A stretch of 24,957 bases of DNA from Clostridia bacterium (GTDB taxonomy: Bacteria; Bacillota; Clostridia; Oscillospirales; Acutalibacteraceae): contig CAAGHT010000086.1 of NCBI GenBank assembly GCA_900769775.1, forward strand, positions 1-24,957, in the 5' to 3' direction. Positions 8,544-14,905 of this stretch are shown here, in pieces (the first letter of the stretch is position 1; the number at the start of each line of letters is the position of its first letter). The translations under genes and the position numbers were made by a program. The notes under the pieces were generated by a model. The model had not been told where the DNA came from, made no database searches, and saw only the letters and a program-made list of their open reading frames with translations.

Positions 8544-9383
8544 ATGAATATAGATAAAACTCTTCTCACAAGAAGAAGCATTTGCGCCGCTACTGCCTTT
8601 GTCCTTTCGGTAACAATTATGCTTTGTTCGCTCATTGTTACAGCTGCTATCGCTTGCAGAAAAGAATATATTTCTTACATTGAGGATAAAAGTAATTATG
8701 CGGAGCTTTCTCTCAAAACGCTAAAAACCGAACTTGCCGACCTTACTATACCGGGCGGCTTCCCTCTTGATTTCTTTGATTCGCGAATTGATGAGGCTCT
8801 TTATAAAGAACGCGTAGCCGAATCAATTGTAGCAGGCGCAGATAACTCTGCCCTTTCTTACAGCAGCGACTCTGTTGCAAAAGAATTCTATGAAATGACT
8901 GCAGAATATGTTCTCGCCGAGGATGGAGAAATTTTGCCCGAGGTGGAAGAAGGACTGCACGGACTTTCTAAGGAATGCGCAAAGGTTTATATTAAGTATT
9001 CGAACCCCGCTTCTTTAAAGCTTGTTTTTAAATACTTCCCTTCTCTCAAAAAGCTGCTCATTTTTGCTGCACTAATAGTCGGCGTTCTGCTTATTGCGGC
9101 TGCCGTTTTCCTCTATCTGCTCTGTCGTGGCCGTGACCTTTTAAAGCATCTGTTCTTCTCACTCTCTGCCGCGGCGCTTCTTAGTGGAGTATTACCACTC
9201 TGGCTTTTATTATCAAATGAAATTGAAAGAATCTCCCTGACACTTCCAGCACTTCATTCCTTTGCCGTATGTTATATTGAGGGACTACTTACAATACTGC
9301 TAATTATTTCCGCAGCTTTCCTTGCTGCATCAATCGTCTTAGGCTTAATAAAGCTCGTAAGATTTATAAAAGCAAGTAAATAA
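8544..9383 (+). CDS. Hypothetical integral membrane protein (about 4 TM, large loop after TM1)
   Basis: 279 aa ORF with AGGTGG SD; one N-terminal hydrophobic segment, a ~130 aa acidic loop and three C-terminal hydrophobic segments. No family recognised. Confidence 0.75.
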   Translation: MNIDKTLLTRRSICAATAFVLSVTIMLCSLIVTAAIACRKEYISYIEDKSNYAELSLKTLKTELADLTIPGGFPLDFFDSRIDEALYKERVAESIVAGADNSALSYSSDSVAKEFYEMTAEYVLAEDGEILPEVEEGLHGLSKECAKVYIKYSNPASLKLVFKYFPSLKKLLIFAALIVGVLLIAAAVFLYLLCRGRDLLKHLFFSLSAAALLSGVLPLWLLLSNEIERISLTLPALHSFAVCYIEGLLTILLIISAAFLAASIVLGLIKLVRFIKASK

Positions 9384-9387
9384 AATG

Positions 9388-9418
9388 AAGCCTCGTGCAA
9401 AAATGCACGAGGCTTTTT
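9388..9418. terminator. Bidirectional intrinsic terminator
   Basis: AAGCCTCGTGCA-AAAA-TGCACGAGGCTT perfect 12-bp stem, with a T-run on + and an A-rich flank for -, between convergent units. Confidence 0.85.
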
Positions 9419-9424
9419 AATGCC

Positions 9425-9602
9425 CATAGCAGCGTGAGAAAAAAGAAAGTAGGAGGTCGGCGGGCAGAAAACACACACGAAAAACTGCCCTTATTGCACC
9501 TTGCAAGGAGAAAGGAGGAGCCTTGCAAGGAGCTGCATATACCTGAAAGAGAAAAGGTATATGCATATGGAGGAAGAAAAAACTCACGCCGCTTCGGCTA
9601 TG
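9425..9602 (-). ncRNA. Candidate multi-stem structured RNA (possibly Clostridiales-1-like motif)
   Basis: Closing stem (CATAGC..GCGTGAG with CTCACGC..GCTATG) encloses three hairpins: GGGCAG/CTGCCC, CCTTGCAAGG/CCTTGCAAGG and TGCATATACCT/AGGTATATGCA. Strand inferred only from an A-C mismatch that becomes G.U on the minus strand. Confidence 0.6.
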
Positions 9603-9625
9603 TCAAACGAATCGCTTCGTTAAAA

Positions 9626-10993
9626 TCAGTTTGAGCTGAAATAGTTTTTCCAGCCGTATTTAGTGCCGTTGCATTCGGGCACGGGCCAGTCGCAGTTAGA
9701 CCAATCGTGGTTATCCTCTGCCATTCCGGCACTTGTGCGATTAAAGTAGTAGTGATACGCATCGTTCGGGTCTCCGCCTATGGGGTCATCGAAGGTGATG
9801 TCACACATATACCACTCGCCGTCAAGCTGAACGGCATTCCACTTGTGTCCGCCGCCCGCCGTTCCGACTACTCCCGTACACTGAATTCCTACCGCATGCA
9901 GAAGTGTCTGAAATGCTTCGGAGTAAGATTCGCAAACGCCGTACTTATTTACAAGAATACCATAGGAAGTCCAGTCATCAGGACCTACACCCTGCCATTT
10001 TGCACCGAGATTATAGAAGGAATCGAGAAGAATTCGGTCATAGATAAGGCGCTCTTTCCAGACATCAGGTGCATTTGCGGGAATAGTACTGATAATGCGG
10101 TTAACCTCTGCCTTAAACAACTTATCCTTTGTGATAATACTATCTCTAAGCTCGGGTGTCAGAGTGGCGGGAGTATGACCATAGTTGCAATACTCTACAC
10201 CATCTGTATAGCAGAATATTATTTCACTCTTGCTGTCACTATGCTTATACATAGTTGCGGTATTGCCTAAATACCATACATCGGGGTTATCAAACATATA
10301 GAGAAAATATATCATATATTCCTTGTTTTCGTGGATATTGATATCAAACTTAACACTTTTCTCCAAGCCTCTTACAGCCTTGTCGATATTTTTATAATAT
10401 CTCTTGTGCTCTTCATCGAGAAGCGAATAGAGATACTTATTTTCGATTGAAAGAGGTCTGTGCTGTTGGCCTGTCGTATAGGTATAGGTTGGTGCCGACG
10501 GCTTCACGGGAGCAGGGGTCGGCTCGGGCTCGGGAGTCGGCTCGGGCTCGGGTGTCGGTTCAGGTTCGGGAGTCGGTTCAGGTTCGGGTGTCGGTTCAGG
10601 CTCAGGGGTCGGCTCGGGAACCGGTTCAGGCTCAGGGGTCGGTTCGGGTTCGGTGGTCGGCTCAGGCTTAGTTATGGGCTTTGGAATAGGCTTTCTATCA
10701 AGATTGGGGATAGCCGGCTCTATTTCCTCATCCTTTTCGGGAGTTGTCATCTCAATCACAACATTACCGTCGCCCATATCGTTTTCTACAACATCCTCGC
10801 TAAAAAGCCCTTTGAAATCCTCAAAATCTTCTATTTGGTTTACCTTGATTTTGTCCTTTAATAAATCAGAGGGTTCTGTGCTTTGGGCGGATGATGTATT
10901 TTTCTCTGCCGTATTTGGGTGATTTTGCTCGCCACATGCGGCAAGTGTTAATATAAAGGTCGCCGCTAACAATAACGCTAATATTCTTTTCAT
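9626..10993 (-). CDS. Lipoprotein with Pro/Glu/Thr linker and C-terminal transglutaminase-like (papain-fold) domain
   Basis: Lipobox LAAC; (PEPTPE)n linker; Cys-His-Asp triad in GVCESYS, HKWNAV and CDITFDD. Confidence 0.85.
   Translation of the reverse strand: MKRILALLLAATFILTLAACGEQNHPNTAEKNTSSAQSTEPSDLLKDKIKVNQIEDFEDFKGLFSEDVVENDMGDGNVVIEMTTPEKDEEIEPAIPNLDRKPIPKPITKPEPTTEPEPTPEPEPVPEPTPEPEPTPEPEPTPEPEPTPEPEPTPEPEPTPAPVKPSAPTYTYTTGQQHRPLSIENKYLYSLLDEEHKRYYKNIDKAVRGLEKSVKFDINIHENKEYMIYFLYMFDNPDVWYLGNTATMYKHSDSKSEIIFCYTDGVEYCNYGHTPATLTPELRDSIITKDKLFKAEVNRIISTIPANAPDVWKERLIYDRILLDSFYNLGAKWQGVGPDDWTSYGILVNKYGVCESYSEAFQTLLHAVGIQCTGVVGTAGGGHKWNAVQLDGEWYMCDITFDDPIGGDPNDAYHYYFNRTSAGMAEDNHDWSNCDWPVPECNGTKYGWKNYFSSN
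10513..10667 (-). repeat. 18-bp coding tandem repeat (about 8 units) encoding PEPTPE
   Basis: Degenerate GGNGTCGG(C/T)TC(A/G)GG(C/T)TC(A/G) units with variation mostly at wobble positions. Confidence 0.9.
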
Positions 10994-11141
10994 AATTTTT
11001 ACCTCACTTTTTCGTTTACACCTATATATTCCGCCTCAATTTTGTTTTTTTGGGGATTTTTGTAAAAAATTCAAAAAAACAATAAATAATCTTGATTTTG
11101 TATATTTAATTTACAAAAATGAAACTATCTCAATATAAAGA

Positions 11142-11170
11142 TTGACATTTTTGAAATTATATATTATAAT
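11142..11170 (+). promoter_or_regulatory. Consensus sigma-A promoter
   Basis: Perfect TTGACA-17 nt-TATAAT upstream of the oxidoreductase. Confidence 0.85.
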
Positions 11171-11225
11171 TTATCCATAATGCGTTGTGCATTATTTACA
11201 ATTTTGTAATTTGGAGGCAATAATT

Positions 11226-12266
11226 ATGGAAAAGAAATTACGTATTGGCGTTATTGGTGCAGGTTCTTTCTGCAGATGGCACCTTGACGGTATCAACAAT
11301 TCAAAGCATGCCGAAGCAGTTGTTGTTTGCGACATCGACATTGAAAAGGCCAAGCTCAGAGCATCTGAGTACGGCGTTGCTGAGTACTGCTCAGATTACA
11401 AGGAGGTTCTTGCTCGTGACGATATCGACGCAGTAACCCTTCCCCTTCCCGATCAGGAGCACTGTGTTGTTGCTTGTGATGCTCTTCGTGCAGGTAAACA
11501 CGTTCTCTGTGAAAAGCCCATGGCTCTTGACCTTAACGAGTGCAAGGAAATGGTAAGAGTTGCTCGCGAAACCGGCAAGCAGCTTATGGTTGGTCAGATT
11601 GGCCGTTATACTCCCGGCTTTTTAAAGGCTAAGGAGCTTCTCGAGTCCGGCGCTATCGGCGACCTCTTCTTCATCGAGTCCGAATATGCACACGACTATT
11701 CCAGAATCCCCGGTTCTACATACGGTAACAATACCATTCCCTGGAGAAAGACTCCTGAGCGTGAGCCTATCCTTGGCGGCGGCTGCCACGCACTCGACCT
11801 TATCAGAATGATCGCAGGCGACCCCGAAGAGGTATTCTCCTATGCTAACAATAAGAGCCTTACAGACTGGCCGATTCACGACACCTCTGTTTCTATCATG
11901 AAGTTCCCCAACGGCGTTATCGGTAAGGTATTCAACTCTCACGGTTGTAAGCGTGAGTATACAATGCGTTCCTGCCTCTACGGTACCAAGGGAACCATCA
12001 TCTTCGACAACACTTCTGACAAGATTACCCTCTTCAAGGAAGATATGATTGAAGGTATGGATACAAGAACCCTCCCCGTTACCATCCCCGTAACCGTAAA
12101 CAACCACAATTTTGCAGCTGAGGTTGAGGATTTTGCAACTGCTGTCCTCGAAGGCAGAACCGTTGTCACCGACGGTGTTTCGGGCGCTAAGACCGTTTCT
12201 CTCGGTGTTGCTATTATCGAGTCCTTCACTACCGGCAAGCCTGTAAAGATTGATTACGATATCTAA
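11226..12266 (+). CDS. Gfo/Idh/MocA family NAD(P)-dependent oxidoreductase
   Basis: RIGVIGAG Rossmann motif, AGKHVLCEKPMA, GCHALDL. Start reassigned to ATG 11226 (GGAGG SD). Confidence 0.92.
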   Translation: MEKKLRIGVIGAGSFCRWHLDGINNSKHAEAVVVCDIDIEKAKLRASEYGVAEYCSDYKEVLARDDIDAVTLPLPDQEHCVVACDALRAGKHVLCEKPMALDLNECKEMVRVARETGKQLMVGQIGRYTPGFLKAKELLESGAIGDLFFIESEYAHDYSRIPGSTYGNNTIPWRKTPEREPILGGGCHALDLIRMIAGDPEEVFSYANNKSLTDWPIHDTSVSIMKFPNGVIGKVFNSHGCKREYTMRSCLYGTKGTIIFDNTSDKITLFKEDMIEGMDTRTLPVTIPVTVNNHNFAAEVEDFATAVLEGRTVVTDGVSGAKTVSLGVAIIESFTTGKPVKIDYDI

Positions 12267-12280
12267 ATTCTATACATAAT

Positions 12281-12318
12281 AATGAAAAACCACCCGCAAT
12301 AGCGGGTGGTTTTTCATT
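12281..12318. terminator. 17-bp perfect hairpin: IS200-type right-end hairpin / terminator for the oxidoreductase
   Basis: AATGAAAAACCACCCGC-AATA-GCGGGTGGTTTTTCATT, 15 nt after the oxidoreductase stop. Confidence 0.75.
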
Positions 12319-12391
12319 TTCGGGCATAGCCCTAAACGATACTGGCTACGCTGGGGTGCGTTTTTAGGTTGGCCTGCCAGCCATGCAATCT

Positions 12392-12861
12392 TTACTTACT
12401 ACCCATAAATGGGTCCTACGGGTCGAAAAGGCTTAACTGGTCACTTTCCTTATCCTGCTTTAATTGATTTGAGATATATTCCTTTATTGCCTTTGTGTTT
12501 TTACCCGCAGTATCTACGTAATATCCCTTACACCAAAACTCGCGATTTCGGTATGCAAATTTCATATTCCCCCATTTTTGAAATATTAAAAGCGAGCTCT
12601 TTCCTTTTAGATATCCCATAAACCCCGAAACGCTCATTTTGGGCGGGATACTGACTAGCATATGTATATGGTCTGGCCACACTTCCCCTTCAACTATCTG
12701 AACACCTTTCCATTCGCAAAGTTTTCTCAATATTTCTCTTATCTCTAACCGTTTATCTTCGTAAAATACTTTTCGTCTGTACTTGGGCGCAAAAACTATA
12801 TGGTACTTGCAATTCCATTTTGTATGTGCTAAACTATTTGTACTGATTCTTCTTTTTTCAT
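12392..12861 (-). pseudogene. tnpA: IS200 transposase TnpA, apparently disrupted
   Basis: NSLAHTKWNCKYHIVFAPKYRRK...DHIH (HUH)...FWCKGYY...KEYISNQ. The SD-linked ATG at 12861 is out of frame (stops after 10 codons), and an in-frame TAG at 12416-12418 precedes a DPFMGSK tail. Confidence 0.8.
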
Positions 12862-12866
12862 TTATT

Positions 12867-12930
12867 AATCCTCCGTTTGTTTTTAGTTTTGACTGGCAGG
12901 TCTCTACTATCTTAACACAAACGGAGGATT
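12867..12930 (-). promoter_or_regulatory. Hairpin sequestering the tnpA Shine-Dalgarno
   Basis: AATCCTCCGTTTGT (12867-12880) and ACAAACGGAGGATT (12917-12930) form a perfect 14-bp inverted repeat covering GGAGG; known IS200-type translational repression. Confidence 0.75.
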
Positions 12931-12992
12931 TTGTTCATCGGTTAACCTCTTTTGAACCACGCGACTATCGCGTGGTTTTCGTTATACAACGA

Positions 12993-13018
12993 AAAAGACC
13001 CGAAATTTCGGGTCTTTT
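12993..13018 (-). terminator. Intrinsic terminator of yebC
   Basis: AAAAGACCCGAAATTTCGGGTCTTTT palindrome 25 nt downstream of the yebC stop. Confidence 0.8.
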
Positions 13019-13043
13019 GTAGTGCTCTGCGCTAATTGTGCCG

Positions 13044-13778
13044 TTATTCTTCTTCGGGCATATCCCAGTTGTGCCAGATTGCCTGAACATCGTCATTTTC
13101 TTCAAGCATCTCAATAAGCTTTTCCATCCACTTGATAGAGTCCTCATCATCAAGGGTGGTCATGGTCTGAGGAATATATGCTGCCTCGGCAGAAAGGAAT
13201 TTATAGCCCTTTTCCTCGAGTGCATCGCGAACTGTACCGAGGTCATTTACAGCGGTAAGAATCTCGAAAACATCACCGTCAGAGTTAAAGTCCTCTGCAC
13301 CTGCATCAAGCGCATCCATCATAACTGTATCCTCATCGAGGCCCTCTGCCTCAATAACGATTTCGCCCTTGTGGTCAAACATAAACATAACCGAGCCCGA
13401 CTGACCGAGATTGCCGTGGAATTTGTCGAAATAGTGGCGAACATCAGCGGCGGTACGGTTACGGTTGTCGGTAAGAGTTTCAACAATTACTGCAACACCG
13501 TTCGGTCCGTAGCCCTCATAAATGAGCTCCTCATAGTTATCGGCTCCGCCCTCGCCTGCAGCCTTTTTGATGATACGCTCGATATTATCATTGGGTACAT
13601 TTGCAGCCTTTGCCTTTGCAATAGCGTCCTTAAGCTTTGAGTTTTCCTGAGGATTCGGTCCGCCCTGCTTTACTATAACCGAGATTTCTCTACCGATTTT
13701 GGTAAAGATTTTTGCCTTTGCGGCATCGGTTTTTTCCTTTTTTCTTTTAATATTGTTCCATTTTGAATGTCCGGACAT
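13044..13778 (-). CDS. yebC: YebC/PmpR (TACO1) family protein
   Basis: MSGHSKWNNIKRKK, YEGYGPNGVA, LTDNRNRT, DDVQ. Confidence 0.96.
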   Translation of the reverse strand: MSGHSKWNNIKRKKEKTDAAKAKIFTKIGREISVIVKQGGPNPQENSKLKDAIAKAKAANVPNDNIERIIKKAAGEGGADNYEELIYEGYGPNGVAVIVETLTDNRNRTAADVRHYFDKFHGNLGQSGSVMFMFDHKGEIVIEAEGLDEDTVMMDALDAGAEDFNSDGDVFEILTAVNDLGTVRDALEEKGYKFLSAEAAYIPQTMTTLDDEDSIKWMEKLIEMLEENDDVQAIWHNWDMPEEE

Positions 13779-13812
13779 AAAAATATCTCCTTAAATAATT
13801 TTCAACTAGTAT

Positions 13813-13841
13813 ATTTTATCATATATCCTCGCCTTCGGCAA
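13813..13841 (-). promoter_or_regulatory. Possible internal sigma-A promoter for yebC
   Basis: Minus strand TTGCCG-17 nt-TAAAAT with extended TG, overlapping the dusB 3' end. Confidence 0.5.
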
Positions 13842-14787
13842 GTGCTTTTTCACAAATAATCTCAATATCTGAGAGAGACTCAATTTCTCCGCACATTCGT
13901 CGAAGCTTTGCGGCATTTTTTACACCCTTCATATACCATGCAGTATGCTTTCTCGCCTCTAAAATAACGGTGCGAGGCTCCTTGTATTTTTGCATCAGCT
14001 CTATTTGGGAAAGAAGGACACGAAGCCGCTGCTCAAGGGGCGGTGTGTCGAGGATAACTCCCTTTTCCATATAGGTGTTTATCTGCTCAAAAATCCAAGG
14101 CTGACCATTTGCGGCACGACCGACCATTACGAAGTCACAGCCTGTATATTCATACATATTTTTAGCCGATTTGCCGTCTATGATATCACCGTTTCCTATA
14201 ACGGGAATTTTAACTGCTCGCTTTATATCGCGGATGATATCAAGGTCGCAGGGAGGAGCATACATCTGAGCTCTGGTGCGACCATGGACAGTGATTGCGG
14301 CGGCGCCGTTTGCCTCACAGATTTTGGCAATTTCGACACCGTTTTTTGAGTTTTCATCCCAGCCCGAGCGAATTTTTACGGTAATGGGAGTCTCTACGGC
14401 ATCACTGACCGCGCGGACTATTTTTCCGACCAAATCAGGCTCACGAAGCAGTCCGCTTCCGCCCTTGTTATTGGCAACCTTAGGTGCGGGACAGCCCATA
14501 TTTATATCAATAAAATCAGGCTTAAAGGTCTCGGCAACACGGGCAGCCTCTGCCATAACGCCAGGCTCATAGCCGAAAAGCTGACTCGCAAAAATTTTCT
14601 CCTCTCCGCGCTCTAAAAGGAGGGGCGATTTGTGGTCACCAAGGGTTATCGCCTTGGCACTTGTCAGCTCGCCTACGGCATAGGCGGCGCCAAAATTCAT
14701 ACATATTTCCCTCATCGCTCGGTCGGCAACTCCTGCCATTGGCGCGAGGGCGGCATATCCTTTGATTTCGAGATTTCCTATCTTCAT
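13819..14787 (-). CDS. dusB: tRNA dihydrouridine synthase B
   Basis: LAPMAGVAD, DINMGCP, TVKIRSGWD, VHGRT, GNGDI, VMVGR. Start set at MKIGN (14787) because ATG 14808 lies inside the predicted promoter. Confidence 0.93.
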   Translation of the reverse strand: MKIGNLEIKGYAALAPMAGVADRAMREICMNFGAAYAVGELTSAKAITLGDHKSPLLLERGEEKIFASQLFGYEPGVMAEAARVAETFKPDFIDINMGCPAPKVANNKGGSGLLREPDLVGKIVRAVSDAVETPITVKIRSGWDENSKNGVEIAKICEANGAAAITVHGRTRAQMYAPPCDLDIIRDIKRAVKIPVIGNGDIIDGKSAKNMYEYTGCDFVMVGRAANGQPWIFEQINTYMEKGVILDTPPLEQRLRVLLSQIELMQKYKEPRTVILEARKHTAWYMKGVKNAAKLRRMCGEIESLSDIEIICEKALAEGEDI

Positions 14788-14796
14788 AGCCTCTTG

Positions 14797-14825
14797 ATTA
14801 TATAACATAAAAAAAGTTTAGTCAA
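14797..14825 (-). promoter_or_regulatory. Sigma-A promoter for dusB
   Basis: Minus strand TTGACT-17 nt-TATAAT; the -10 ends 9 nt before the ATG. Confidence 0.75.
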
Positions 14826-14839
14826 ATTAAAAATTTCTG

Positions 14840-14868
14840 ATGACAAGAGGCCTTTTATTTGTTATAAT
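14840..14868 (+). promoter_or_regulatory. Sigma-A promoter for polA operon
   Basis: ATGACA-17 nt-TATAAT with extended TG. Confidence 0.7.
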
Positions 14869-14905
14869 AATTAAGAATATATTTATATTGGGGTTGTATG
14901 TGTTT

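Larger units (their letters stand above)
12277..12982 (-). mobile_element. IS200/IS605-family element, IS200 type (tnpA only); ends approximate
   Basis: Y1 HUH transposase flanked by related subterminal hairpins (AACCACCCGC.. at 12288 and AACCACGCGA-CTA-TCGCGTGGTT at 12955-12977); about 700 bp; no room for tnpB. Confidence 0.88.

Noticed and set aside
8544..9383. Assigning the membrane protein to Lit/DUF1461 on topology
   Set aside because: Topology is loosely similar but I could not see the conserved catalytic His motifs; left as hypothetical.
9395..9634. 79 aa ORF and tiny SD-preceded ORFs (MQGAAYT, MHMEEEKTHAASAMSNESLR) in the structured intergenic region
   Set aside because: The 79 aa ORF starts inside the terminator stem. 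The small ones are not hydrophobic (not type I toxin-like), and the region is better explained by RNA structure.
10460..10861. Arg/Gly/Phe-rich 133 aa ORF; also considered the repeat as a CRISPR array
   Set aside because: It is the antisense reading of the PEPTPE repeat. There are no unique spacers, variation is at wobble positions, and no cas genes are present.
12319..12391. Possible tnpB or omegaRNA remnant downstream of tnpA
   Set aside because: Only about 70 nt, with no RuvC or zinc-finger coding trace; consistent with an ordinary IS200 right end.
12271..12988. TATACA on both sides of the IS (12271-12276 and 12983-12988) as a target-site duplication
   Set aside because: Y1 HUH transposases do not normally create TSDs, and a 6-mer AT-rich match can be chance; needs an empty allele to resolve.
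13038..13640. 200 aa plus-strand ORF
   Set aside because: Antisense shadow of yebC.
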